DNA of 61,443 bases, counting the filler. It is 4 parts of 4 records of this genome, joined end to end, with 100 filler letters (N's around TTAATTAATTAA, not from the genome) between each part and the next. Parts side by side here need not be neighbours in the genome. Positions count along the whole stretch, not along the records: positions 1 to 24,177 come from SRR20825010_3115; 3 more parts are not named here. One strand, given 5' to 3'. The notes below the pieces were generated by a model. It made no database searches, was not told the DNA's origin, and saw only the letters and a list, made by a program, of their open reading frames with translations. Positions within the stretch are counted from its first letter, which is position 1. The number at the start of each line of letters is the position of its first letter. Positions 1 through 9,355 of the stretch are shown here, piece after piece. The position numbers and the translations under genes are program-made.

Positions 1-97
1 GGCCTATATCGGCCGGGTGCGGGCGCTGGCGAAGCGTTGCTGTGAGCGATGGGTTGAAGCGGGCAAAGCCGCGAAAGGGGAGGCGGCCAATGTCTGA
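1..97 (+). CDS. glyQ: Glycine-tRNA ligase alpha subunit, 3' fragment
   Basis: Frame from nt 2 reads [17 protein letters not shown]..., the typical GlyQ C-terminus; TGA at 95-97 overlaps the glyS start. Confidence 0.85.
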   Translation, partial: AYIGRVRALAKRCCERWVEAGKAAKGEAANV

Positions 98-2156
98 GTT
101 GCTCGTCGAACTCTTCAGTGAGGAAATTCCGGCCCGGATGCAGAAGAAGGCAGCGGACGACCTGCTCTCCCTGCTGACCCAGAAGCTGAAGAAAGCCGGT
201 CTGGACTACAGCGCCGCCACCGCGCATGTGACGCCGCGCCGGCTGATCGCCGTGATCGACGGTCTGCCGGACAAGCAGCCGGATACCAGCGAAGAACGCC
301 GTGGCCCGAAAGCCGATGCGCCGGAGAAAGCCCTTGCGGGTTTCCTCGGGTCCGTCGGCCTGACGCTGGATCAGTGCGAGAAGCGGGAAACGCCGAAAGG
401 CACGTTCCTCTATGCCGTGGTCGAAACCAAGGGCGCGGAAACCCGCTCCGTGCTGCCGGGCATTCTTGCCGAGGCGGTGAAGGAACTGGCCTGGCCGAAA
501 AGCATGCGCTGGGGCCGTCACGCCTTCCGCTGGGTGCGTCCGATGCATGGCGTGCTGGCTGTGTTCGGCGGCGAGACGCTGGATGGCGAGATTGATCTCG
601 GCGGTGGTGCGCTGACTTTCACGAACCAGACGCGCGGTCACCGTTTCCTGGCGCCCGATGCCGTCACGGTCAGCGATTTCGCGGAGTATCAGGCGAAGCT
701 GCGCGCGGCTTTCGTCATCATCGACCGGGAAGAGCGCAAGCGCATCATCGAGGAAGGCGCCGCCGCGCTTGCCAAGGCCGAAAACCTGACAGTGAAGCCG
801 GATCAGGGCCTGCTGGAAGAGGTCTGCGGTCTGGTAGAATGGCCGGTGCCGATCATGGGCCGGATCGACGATGCCTTCATGGACGTGCCGGCGGAAGCGC
901 TGGTGACATCCATGCGCAGCCACCAGAAATATTTCTCCGCCGAGCATACGGACGGCACGCTCGCCAGCCGCTTCATCACCGTCTCCAACATGGCGGCGGA
1001 TCCGGAGCGGGACGCGACCATCCGGGCCGGGAACGAGAAGGTCCTGCGCGCCCGCCTGTCGGACGCGAAATTCTTCTGGGATCAGGACCGGGCGGTGAAG
1101 CTGGAGGCCCGGACAGGCAAATTGTCCGACATTCTATTCTACCAGAAGCTCGGCACTGTCGCCGACAAGGCCGGTCGGCTGGAAGCGCTGGCGGAATGGC
1201 TCGCGGCGTACGTGCCGGGTGCCGATGCCGGCAAGGCGAAACGCGCGGCGACGCTCTGCAAGGCGGATCTCGTGACCGAGATGGTCGGTGAGTTCCCGGA
1301 ACTGCAGGGCATCATGGGCCGCTATTACGCGCTGCATGACGGCGAGGCGCCGGAAGTTGCCGATGCCATCGCCGATCATTATGCGCCGCAAGGACCGAAT
1401 GATCGCTGTCCGACGGCGCCGGAAAGCATCGTTGTTGCGCTGGCTGACAAGCTGGATACGCTCGCCGGGTTCTTCGCCATCGACGAGAAACCGACCGGCT
1501 CCAAGGACCCGTTCGCTCTGCGTCGCGCTGCGCTCGGGGTCATCCGGCTGATCGTCGAGAACAAGTTGCGGTTGCCACTGGGCGATGCCTTTGCCAAGGC
1601 TGCCGGGCTCTATCCGGGGCTTGGTGCGCCGGACGGGATTCTCGATTTCTTCGCGGATCGCCTGAAGGTTCATCTGCGTGAAGGCGGTGTGCGGCACGAC
1701 CTCGTGTCCGCCGTGTTTGCCCTTGGTGGCGAGGACGATCTGGTTCGTCTGCTGGCCCGTGTCGGCGCGTTGCAGTCGGTGCTTTCCACTGACGAGGGTG
1801 TCAACCTTCTGGCAGGTGTCCGCCGGGCAGGCAATATCGTGCGGGCGGAGGAAAAGAAGGATGGCGCGGCCCATGACGGCGGCACCGACGACGGCCTGCT
1901 CGCGCAGGATGAGGAAAAGGCGCTTTCACAAGCTTTGATTGTGGCGGAAGATGGAGCCGACAAGGCCCTCGCTGATGAGGATTTCGAAGCGGCCATGGCG
2001 GCTCTTGCGAGTTTGCGTGGGCCGGTCGATGCCTTCTTCGACAAGGTGACGGTCAATGACGACGATCCGGCAGTGCGCCGGAACCGGCTGGCGCTGTTGG
2101 CGCGGGTCGGGTCGGCCGCGCACAGGATCGCGGATTTCTCGAAGATAGAGGCCTGA
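90..2156 (+). CDS. glyS: Glycine-tRNA ligase beta subunit
   Basis: [34 protein letters not shown] and [12 protein letters not shown] motifs; ATG at 90 after GGGGAGG. Confidence 0.97.
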   Translation: MSELLVELFSEEIPARMQKKAADDLLSLLTQKLKKAGLDYSAATAHVTPRRLIAVIDGLPDKQPDTSEERRGPKADAPEKALAGFLGSVGLTLDQCEKRETPKGTFLYAVVETKGAETRSVLPGILAEAVKELAWPKSMRWGRHAFRWVRPMHGVLAVFGGETLDGEIDLGGGALTFTNQTRGHRFLAPDAVTVSDFAEYQAKLRAAFVIIDREERKRIIEEGAAALAKAENLTVKPDQGLLEEVCGLVEWPVPIMGRIDDAFMDVPAEALVTSMRSHQKYFSAEHTDGTLASRFITVSNMAADPERDATIRAGNEKVLRARLSDAKFFWDQDRAVKLEARTGKLSDILFYQKLGTVADKAGRLEALAEWLAAYVPGADAGKAKRAATLCKADLVTEMVGEFPELQGIMGRYYALHDGEAPEVADAIADHYAPQGPNDRCPTAPESIVVALADKLDTLAGFFAIDEKPTGSKDPFALRRAALGVIRLIVENKLRLPLGDAFAKAAGLYPGLGAPDGILDFFADRLKVHLREGGVRHDLVSAVFALGGEDDLVRLLARVGALQSVLSTDEGVNLLAGVRRAGNIVRAEEKKDGAAHDGGTDDGLLAQDEEKALSQALIVAEDGADKALADEDFEAAMAALASLRGPVDAFFDKVTVNDDDPAVRRNRLALLARVGSAAHRIADFSKIEA

Positions 2157-2166
2157 CGGCGGCGCG

Positions 2167-4839
2167 ATGGAGAAGTGGATCTACACATTCGGCGGGGGAG
2201 CGGCAGAAGGCTCCGCCGGTATGGAAGATCTGCTTGGCTCCAAGGGCGCCAATCTTGCCGAGATGAGTGCTATCGGGCTGCCCGTGCCGCCCGGTTTCAC
2301 CATCACCACCGATGTCTGCGGCTATTATCACAGCCACGGTAGCAGCTTTCCGGACACGCTTGAGGCCGCCGTTCGGGAAGGGCTGGCACAGCTTGAACAA
2401 GCCCGTGGCACCCGGTTCGGCGATCCGGAAAATCCGCTGCTCGTCTCCGTGCGTTCCGGCAGTGCCGCTTCGATGCCGGGGATGATGGACACGGTACTCA
2501 ATCTCGGGCTCAACGATGCCGTGGTCGAGGGCCTGGCCCGGAAGTCCGGTGATCGCCGTTTCGCCTACGATTGCTACCGCCGCTTCATCAACATGTATGG
2601 TGAAGTGGTGCTTGATGTGGATGGCTTCCTGTTCGAGGAGGCCGCCGACGAGATCAAGGAAGATCACGGCGCGGATTTCGACCGCGATCTTTCCGCCGAC
2701 GCCTTTGCCGAGATGGCCGTGCGCTTCAAGGAGATCGTCGAGAGCGAGTCCGGCGAGCGTTTTCCGGAAGATCCGCTGGAACAGCTCTGGGGCGCCATCG
2801 GTGGGGTTATCCGGTCCTGGAGCAACCAGCGTGCGGTGATCTACCGCTCCCTGCATCACATTGCGGACGATACGGGCACCGCCGTCACCGTGCAGGCCAT
2901 GGTGTTCGGCAATCTCGGTCAGGAGAGCGTCACCGGCGTTGCCTTCACCCGCAATCCATCGACCGGGGTGAAAGAGCCTTACGGCGAATATCTGCCGAAC
3001 GCCCAGGGCGAGGACGTGGTCGCCGGGTTGCGCACGCCGCTGCCGCTTGTGGAGAGCGCCATGCATGGCGCGGCGGAGGATGCGGAAGCGCTTTCCGTCC
3101 ATGCGCCGGGCCTGTTCGAGAAGTTGCAGACCCTGTGCGATCGTCTTGAACGCCACTATGGCGACGTGCAGGACATCGAATTCACGGCCGAGGACGGGGA
3201 GCTGTTCCTGTTGCAGACCCGGTCCGCCAAGCGCACGGTCGAGGCCGGGCTGAAAATCGCCGTCGATATGGAGCGGGAAGGCTTGATCTCGCGCCGGGAT
3301 GCGGTGATGCGGGTCAACCCGGACGATCTCGACAGCCTGCTTTACCCGTCCGTCGATCCATCCACGGGAGCACAGCCGATTGCACGCGGTCTGCCCGCAT
3401 CACCGGGGGCGGCCAGCGGTATTGTCGTGTTCGATCCGGACGATGCCATCAGCCGGTCCCGCGAAGGTGCGAACGTCATTCTGGTGCGCAAGGAAACCAG
3501 CCCGAACGATATCCACGGTATGCATGCCGCGGTCGGCATCGTCACCGCGCGCGGCGGCCTGACCAGCCATGCGGCGGTGGTGGCACGCGGCATGGGACGG
3601 CCCTGCATCTGCGGCGCCAGCACGGTCCGGATCGATGCGGCGGGGACCTGCTTCACCGTCGGCGACGTGACCGTGCGGGACGGTGACGAAATCACCCTCG
3701 ACGGCACCGGCGGCGGGATCTATCTCGGCCGCATTCCAACCATCGAGCCGCAGCTTCCGGAAGACCTGAAAACGCTGGTTTCCTGGGCTGACGAGATCCG
3801 CCATCTCGACGTGCGGGCCAATGTCGAGACCATGGAAGATGCTCGCGCCGCCCATGCCTTCGGGGCGGACGGTATCGGGCTTGTCAGCACGGAGCATACC
3901 TTCTTCGCGCCGGAACGGATCATGACCGTGCGGGAGCTGACCCTGGCCCGGAACGAAAAGGAGCGAAAGCCGTCGCTTGACCGTCTGTTCCCGTTGCAGC
4001 GGGCCGATTTCACCAGACTGTTCCGTGAGCTGCGCGGCTTCCCGGTGGCGGTTCGCCTGCTTGACCCGCCGCTGGATGAGGTCCTGCCGGTTTCCGACGC
4101 GGAATATCGGGAGACAGCCGAGATGCTCGACCTGCCGATCGAGGCCGTGCGCAAGCGGGTCGCGGCGGTGCGCCAGATCGTGCCGGTTCTGGGCCATCGC
4201 GGTTGCCGCTTGGCGATCTCTTATCCGGAAATTACCGATATGCAGGTTCGCGCCATGTTCGTGGCCGCGAGCGATGTACTGAAGGAATTCGGCGATACGG
4301 TGACGCTGGAAATCACCGTGCCGCTGGTTGTCGGCAAGCGGGAGTTCGATTTCGTCCGGGTCATTGTCGACCGGGTGGCGGCGGAGGTCGAGCAGGAAAC
4401 CGGGTGCACCATCGCCTATCGGGTCGGCACCTTGATCGAGCTGCCCCGCGCCGCGCTGCGCGCCGGGGAGATTGCCAAGAGCGCGGATTTCTTCAGCTTC
4501 GGCACGGACGATCTGACGCGCACGGTCTTCGGCATGTCGCGCGACGATGCCGACGCGTTCCTGACCACCTACATGAACAATTCCGTGGTCGATCTCGATC
4601 CCTTCGTCACCCTCGATATCGAGGGCGTTGGCGAACTTGTGCGGATCGCGACAGAGCGCGGCCGCGCGGAAAATCCGAAATTGCTGATCGGCATCTGTGG
4701 CGAACATGGCGGGGACGCCAAGACTGTCCGCTTCTGCCATTCCATCGGGCTCGACTACGTCTCCTGCACGCCGAACCGCCTGCCGGTGGCCCGCATTGCC
4801 GCCGCCCAGGCGACGATCGAAGGCGCGAAAATTTCCTGA
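2167..4839 (+). CDS. ppdK: Pyruvate phosphate dikinase with divergent C-terminal domain
   Basis: KGANLAEM, SVRSG..SMPGMMDT, QDIEFT..LQTR, GGLTSHAAVVARG (phospho-His) and GICGEHGG; usual alphaproteobacterial glyS-ppdK order. Confidence 0.9.
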   Translation: MEKWIYTFGGGAAEGSAGMEDLLGSKGANLAEMSAIGLPVPPGFTITTDVCGYYHSHGSSFPDTLEAAVREGLAQLEQARGTRFGDPENPLLVSVRSGSAASMPGMMDTVLNLGLNDAVVEGLARKSGDRRFAYDCYRRFINMYGEVVLDVDGFLFEEAADEIKEDHGADFDRDLSADAFAEMAVRFKEIVESESGERFPEDPLEQLWGAIGGVIRSWSNQRAVIYRSLHHIADDTGTAVTVQAMVFGNLGQESVTGVAFTRNPSTGVKEPYGEYLPNAQGEDVVAGLRTPLPLVESAMHGAAEDAEALSVHAPGLFEKLQTLCDRLERHYGDVQDIEFTAEDGELFLLQTRSAKRTVEAGLKIAVDMEREGLISRRDAVMRVNPDDLDSLLYPSVDPSTGAQPIARGLPASPGAASGIVVFDPDDAISRSREGANVILVRKETSPNDIHGMHAAVGIVTARGGLTSHAAVVARGMGRPCICGASTVRIDAAGTCFTVGDVTVRDGDEITLDGTGGGIYLGRIPTIEPQLPEDLKTLVSWADEIRHLDVRANVETMEDARAAHAFGADGIGLVSTEHTFFAPERIMTVRELTLARNEKERKPSLDRLFPLQRADFTRLFRELRGFPVAVRLLDPPLDEVLPVSDAEYRETAEMLDLPIEAVRKRVAAVRQIVPVLGHRGCRLAISYPEITDMQVRAMFVAASDVLKEFGDTVTLEITVPLVVGKREFDFVRVIVDRVAAEVEQETGCTIAYRVGTLIELPRAALRAGEIAKSADFFSFGTDDLTRTVFGMSRDDADAFLTTYMNNSVVDLDPFVTLDIEGVGELVRIATERGRAENPKLLIGICGEHGGDAKTVRFCHSIGLDYVSCTPNRLPVARIAAAQATIEGAKIS

Positions 4840-4854
4840 AAAACCGTCGGGCCA

Positions 4855-4868
4855 TTGAGGCAGATCAA
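4855..4868. promoter_or_regulatory. FNR/FnrL-type box
   Basis: TTGAG-GCAG-ATCAA, one mismatch to TTGAT-N4-ATCAA, upstream of the cytochrome c peroxidase gene. Confidence 0.6.
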
Positions 4869-4869
4869 T

Positions 4870-4902
4870 GCTCAATATTTAGAATCGTTCTAAATATTGA
4901 GC
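4870..4902. promoter_or_regulatory. Irr box (iron control element) inside a 33-bp palindrome
   Basis: GCTCAATATTTAGAA-TCG-TTCTAAATATTGAGC has perfect 15-bp arms; the core 4878-4894 matches TTTAGAA-N3-TTCTAAA exactly. Confidence 0.8.
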
Positions 4903-4995
4903 TGGCTCATAAAACAATAAAAACACAGAGCCTTTTCAACCGTCTAACGGGACCGTCATCAGGCGGCCCAACGACAATCGGAAAGGACAGACGAT

Positions 4996-6063
4996 ATGTT
5001 TGGGACAAAATGGCATGCACGTTCCGTCGCGGGCCTGCTGACACTCGCGATATTTGCGGGGCCGTCCGTGGTCCGGGCGGACGAGTTGCTGGAAGAGGCG
5101 CGAAGTTATTTCGAGCCGATCCCGTCGGTCGTGCCGGCGGTGCGGGACAATGCGGTGACGCATGAGAAGGTGGAGCTCGGCAAGATGCTCTTCTTTGATC
5201 CGCGGCTTTCTTCCAGTCATCTGATCAGCTGCAACACCTGCCACAATCTTGGCATGGGCGGTGACGACAATCTCGAGACTTCGATCGGTCACGGTTGGGC
5301 CAAGGGGCCGCGCAATGCACCGACGGTGCTGAACGCGGTCTTCAACGTTGCCCAGTTCTGGGATGGCCGGGCGGAAGATCTGAAGGCGCAGGCCAAGGGG
5401 CCGATCCAGGCCGGTGTGGAGATGAACAACAAGCCGGAAGCCGTGGAAATCACGCTTCGGAGCATGCCGGAATATCGCGAACGGTTTGCCCGCGCTTTTC
5501 AGGGTGAGGAGCATCCGGTCACGTTCGACAATATGGCCAAAGCGATAGAGGCATTCGAGGCGACTCTGATCACCCCTGCTTCCCGCTTCGACCAGTATCT
5601 CGAAGGCAATGAGGCGGTACTGACGGCGGACGAGAAGAAAGGGCTGGCGCTCTTTATCGAAAAAGGCTGCGCTGGATGTCATGCCGGGATGAACATCGGC
5701 GGCGAGGGATATTTCCCGTTCGGCGTCATGGAAAAACCGGGTGCTGACATCCTGCCGCCGGGCGATCAGGGCCGCTTTCAGGTAACCCAGACGGCGGATG
5801 ACAGCTATGTCTTCCGTGCCGGACCGTTGCGCAACATTGCGCTGACCGCACCGTATTTCCATTCCGGCATGGTCTGGGACCTGCGCCAGGCCGTTGCGGT
5901 CATGGCTAAAAGCCAGCTTGGCGAGACCATGACCGATGACGAAATCGATCTGATCACCAAATTTCTGCAAAGCCTGACGGGCGAGCAGCCGCGCATTGAG
6001 TATCCGGTGCTTCCGGTCAGCAGCGCGGAGACGCCACTGCCGCAGGATATGCTTGTACGGTAG
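4996..6063 (+). CDS. ccpA: Di-heme cytochrome c peroxidase
   Basis: Signal peptide, two CxxCH motifs (CNTCH, CAGCH), LFFDPRLS, RNAPTVLN, QFWDGRA and LRNIALTAPYFHSG. Confidence 0.95.
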   Translation: MFGTKWHARSVAGLLTLAIFAGPSVVRADELLEEARSYFEPIPSVVPAVRDNAVTHEKVELGKMLFFDPRLSSSHLISCNTCHNLGMGGDDNLETSIGHGWAKGPRNAPTVLNAVFNVAQFWDGRAEDLKAQAKGPIQAGVEMNNKPEAVEITLRSMPEYRERFARAFQGEEHPVTFDNMAKAIEAFEATLITPASRFDQYLEGNEAVLTADEKKGLALFIEKGCAGCHAGMNIGGEGYFPFGVMEKPGADILPPGDQGRFQVTQTADDSYVFRAGPLRNIALTAPYFHSGMVWDLRQAVAVMAKSQLGETMTDDEIDLITKFLQSLTGEQPRIEYPVLPVSSAETPLPQDMLVR

Positions 6064-6189
6064 AGCTTCGGGAAAATGAGCGATGGCGGGAGGGCATGTC
6101 CCTTCCGCTTCTTTTTTCCGATGCCGTGTTGCGTTGACGCCGAAGGGTATGCCTCTCACACTGCCCGCAAAAATATTGTGGAGGAGGCT

Positions 6190-7242
6190 ATGGGGCGGAA
6201 GAAAGCATTGGTGGTTGGTGCGCTCGGGGTTATCGGCCGCCGGCTGATCCAGCATCTCGAGGAAACGGGCGGCTGGGACATTGTCGGCCTGAGCCGCCGT
6301 GCTCCGGATTTTCCGAGCAAGGCTTCCTACATCTCCGTCGATCTGCTCGACCGGACGGACGCGGAAGAAAAACTCGCCCACCTGACAGACGTCACGCATA
6401 TTTTCTACACAGCCTTCCAGGCCCGTCCGACCTGGGCGGAGCATGATGCGCCCAATCTTGCCATGCTGGTGAATACGGTCGAACCCGTCGCGGCTGTTTC
6501 TCCCGTGCTGGAACATGTCCAGTTGATGGAGGGGAACAAGATTTACGGCAGCCATCTCGGGCCGTTCAGGACCCCGGCCCGGGAAGAAGACCCGCCGCAC
6601 ATGCTGCCAAATTTCTACCACACCCAGGAAAGCTGGCTGCGTCAGGCACAAGAGGGACAGCGCTGGACCTGGTCCGCCTTGCGCCCGCACACGGTTTGCG
6701 GCTTTGCCGTCGGCAATCCGATGAACATCACCACCTGCATCGCCGTCTACGCGACGATTTCGAAGGAGCTTGGACTGCCGCTGCGCTTTCCCGGCAAGCC
6801 GGGAGCCTATGAGGCGGTTTATCAGGTCACCGATTCAGCTCTCTTGGCGCGGTCGATGGTCTGGGCGGCCACGGCGGGCAGTGCGCAAAACGAGGTCTTC
6901 AACATCACCAACGGCGATTTCTTTCGCTGGAAGAATGTCTGGCCGCGCTTTGCCGAGTTTTTCGAGATGGATCTTGGAGATGTGCAAACCATCCCGCTGA
7001 CCGAATTCATGGCGGACAAGGCACCGCTGTGGGAGCGGATCGTTGAGCGCGAAGGTCTGATGCAAACGCCCTACGCCGATGTCGCCGCCTGGCCCTTCGC
7101 GGATTATGTTTTCGGGACCGACTGGGACGTGATGACCGACACGCTGAAAATCCGCATGGCCGGGTTCAATGATTATGTGAGATCCGAGGAAATGTTCATC
7201 GATCTGTTCGATGAATTCCGGGCGCGGAAGGCGATCCCATAG
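6190..7242 (+). CDS. SDR of the progesterone 5-beta-reductase/iridoid synthase (PRISE) type
   Basis: GALGVIG, GLSRR, DVTHIFY, GNKIYG, PNFYHTQE and WTWSALRP; GGAGG RBS before ATG 6190. Confidence 0.8.
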   Translation: MGRKKALVVGALGVIGRRLIQHLEETGGWDIVGLSRRAPDFPSKASYISVDLLDRTDAEEKLAHLTDVTHIFYTAFQARPTWAEHDAPNLAMLVNTVEPVAAVSPVLEHVQLMEGNKIYGSHLGPFRTPAREEDPPHMLPNFYHTQESWLRQAQEGQRWTWSALRPHTVCGFAVGNPMNITTCIAVYATISKELGLPLRFPGKPGAYEAVYQVTDSALLARSMVWAATAGSAQNEVFNITNGDFFRWKNVWPRFAEFFEMDLGDVQTIPLTEFMADKAPLWERIVEREGLMQTPYADVAAWPFADYVFGTDWDVMTDTLKIRMAGFNDYVRSEEMFIDLFDEFRARKAIP

Positions 7243-7272
7243 GATATCCGCCTGTCTCCACCCCCAATAATA

Positions 7273-7357
7273 CCGTCATCCTCGCGTAAGCGGGGACCCA
7301 GTGATCGTAGAGCGGTACCCGATGTTCCCTGGGTCCCCACGTGCGTGGGGATGACGG
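7273..7357. repeat. REP-like inverted dimer (CGTC type)
   Basis: CCGTCATCCTCGCGTAAGCGGGGACCCAG ... CTGGGTCCCCACGTGCGTGGGGATGACGG: two inverted 29-nt units, each with an internal hairpin, between convergent genes. Confidence 0.8.
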
Positions 7358-7384
7358 CCCAAAAAAGATAGGGCGAGGGGAGCG

Positions 7385-8296
7385 TCAGCTACCCGGCCCG
7401 CTGTCCGGCTTGTCGCCGACCCGGTGCGGTGCGTTGCGGTGTTCCAGCTCCAGCAGCAGGGCGGTCTGGTCGTATTCGGCGAGGCCGCGCGCGCTGAGTG
7501 AGCTGTAAAGGTCGCGGGCGAGATTGAGAAACGGCAGGTCGAGGCCGCATTCCTTGGCCGTGCGGAGGACCGTGTCTAGATCCTTCAGCGTGTTCTTGAC
7601 CTGGGCGCCCGGGCCCCAGTTGCGTTCGATGATGCGGTTGCCATGCTCCTGCAGGACACGGCTTTCCGCGAACCCGCCGCGCAGCGCATCGCGCACGGAT
7701 GCGGGGTTGGCGCCGCCGGCTTCGGCCAGCAGCATCGCTTCGGAAAGCCCGGCGATGGAGATCGCGACGATTACCTGATTGCAGAGCTTGGTGAGCTGTC
7801 CGGCGCCGCAAGGGCCAACCCGGAAGGGGCGGCCCATGGCGGCCAGCACCGGGGTCGCCTCGACAAAGGTATCCTTCTCGCCGCCAACCATGATGGCCAG
7901 GCTGCCGAGTTTTGCGCCCTGGGTGCCGCCGGAGACCGGCGCATCGAGATGGCGGATGCCGAGCTTGGTCAGCTCGGTGTCGAATTCCTGTTCGGCTTGC
8001 GGGGCGATGGAGCTCATGTCGCAGAAAATCGCGCCCGGCTTCATGGCGTCTGCGACGCCGCGCTCGAACAGGATTTCCCGCACCGCAGCCGCATCGGTGA
8101 CGCTGGCGCAGACGATATCCGCGTCCTTGACCGCGTCCGCGGCACTCTCTGCGATGGTGGCGTGATGAGTGACTAGAGGGTCTGTCTTGCCCGCGGTCCG
8201 GTTCCAGACCGTCAGCGGAAACCCGGCGCGGGTGATGTTGGTGGCCATGCCAAGGCCCATCCGCCCGATGCCGAGAAAGGTGACATTCGGTGTCAT
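7385..8296 (-). CDS. NAD(P)-dependent beta-hydroxyacid dehydrogenase (GarR/MmsB family)
   Basis: FLGIGRMG, DAPVSGG and GAGQLTKLCNQ; start moved to MTPNV. Confidence 0.88.
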   Translation of the reverse strand: MTPNVTFLGIGRMGLGMATNITRAGFPLTVWNRTAGKTDPLVTHHATIAESAADAVKDADIVCASVTDAAAVREILFERGVADAMKPGAIFCDMSSIAPQAEQEFDTELTKLGIRHLDAPVSGGTQGAKLGSLAIMVGGEKDTFVEATPVLAAMGRPFRVGPCGAGQLTKLCNQVIVAISIAGLSEAMLLAEAGGANPASVRDALRGGFAESRVLQEHGNRIIERNWGPGAQVKNTLKDLDTVLRTAKECGLDLPFLNLARDLYSSLSARGLAEYDQTALLLELEHRNAPHRVGDKPDSGPGS

Positions 8297-8321
8297 TCCC
8301 GTCCCTTCGTCGTGTGCGCCT

Positions 8322-9245
8322 TTAGAGCCTTTTCCGAAGACCTTTGGCCAATCGGAACAGGCCGTGTGCGCCCGTGTACTCTCCCAATTGGCGACAGCGT
8401 ATACCATGCCGCGCAACCGCCGGGGTGTAGAGATCGGTGAGGTCTGGGTTGCCGATAATGCAAACCTCGGATCCCGTGGCGAGATCGCGGGTTGCGGAAG
8501 CGACCTCGCTGCCGATCAAAAGACCGGAGAGATAACTGCCGCTTTCCTCGACCGGCAGGGTCTCCAGCAATGTACCCGCCCGTACGGTGAACAGGTGGGC
8601 AAGCAGGCCCGCATCCGAGCGGGACGCCGCGAGGCCTTTCTCGAAGCCCGCATCGGACCAGACCGCATGCTCGATGGTGGTGCCGAGGATCGAGTGCCGC
8701 CGCAGCACATCGAACAGCTCGCCGGTCATGTAGGTATGGAAATCGCGGATGATGCCGTCTTCAAGCAGGGCCCATTTGCTGTGGGTGCCGGGCAGGCAAA
8801 GCAGGTGCCGCCCCGGGCCGAGCTGCTCCAGCGCACCGAAAATCTGCAATTCCTCGCCCCGCATGACATCGGCCCGGCCCCCTTCGGAAAGGGACAGGCC
8901 GGGTGCGATCCAGAGGGCGTGGCCCGATTCTGTGCTGGCGGCAATGGCGTGATTGGCGAGGGTTGCCGGATCGGCCGGGCAAGGCACATAGGGCGCTTCG
9001 AACCAGCCTTGCCGGCTGCCGATCATGCCGCCGAGAACGATGAGGGGTGCGGGTTCTCCTGTGGCGGGGAGCCAGTCGCCGATCACTGTATGAAAGGCGT
9101 CCTCGAAATCTCCGTCGTCGATGGCGCGGATTCCGGCCGGCGCATCGCGCCGCTCCAGGATGGCGCCGTCTTCCGCCATGCGGAAAGCCCGCAGCCGGGT
9201 GGTTCCCCAATCCAGTGCCAGCACTGCCGTATCGCTCATCCTCAT
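8322..9245 (-). CDS. dgoK: 2-dehydro-3-deoxygalactonokinase
   Basis: DWGTTRLRA, GMIGSRQGWFEAPY, DVMRGEELQ, PGTHSKW and TYMTGELF. Confidence 0.93.
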   Translation of the reverse strand: MRMSDTAVLALDWGTTRLRAFRMAEDGAILERRDAPAGIRAIDDGDFEDAFHTVIGDWLPATGEPAPLIVLGGMIGSRQGWFEAPYVPCPADPATLANHAIAASTESGHALWIAPGLSLSEGGRADVMRGEELQIFGALEQLGPGRHLLCLPGTHSKWALLEDGIIRDFHTYMTGELFDVLRRHSILGTTIEHAVWSDAGFEKGLAASRSDAGLLAHLFTVRAGTLLETLPVEESGSYLSGLLIGSEVASATRDLATGSEVCIIGNPDLTDLYTPAVARHGIRCRQLGEYTGAHGLFRLAKGLRKRL

Positions 9246-9355
9246 GCTCCCTTATGGTCGGCAACAGCTTGACTTGCCGGTATCCGGTTGCAAACCTCGC
9301 AGCCGTCCTTAATAGGTTGCAAATCAGAAAAACGCTAAGGGAAGGAATAACCCTC

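Noticed and set aside
2053-6690. Long antisense ORFs 2053-3156, 3400-4875 and 4936-6690
   Set aside because: They are shadows of well-supported genes in GC-rich DNA and have no recognisable motifs.
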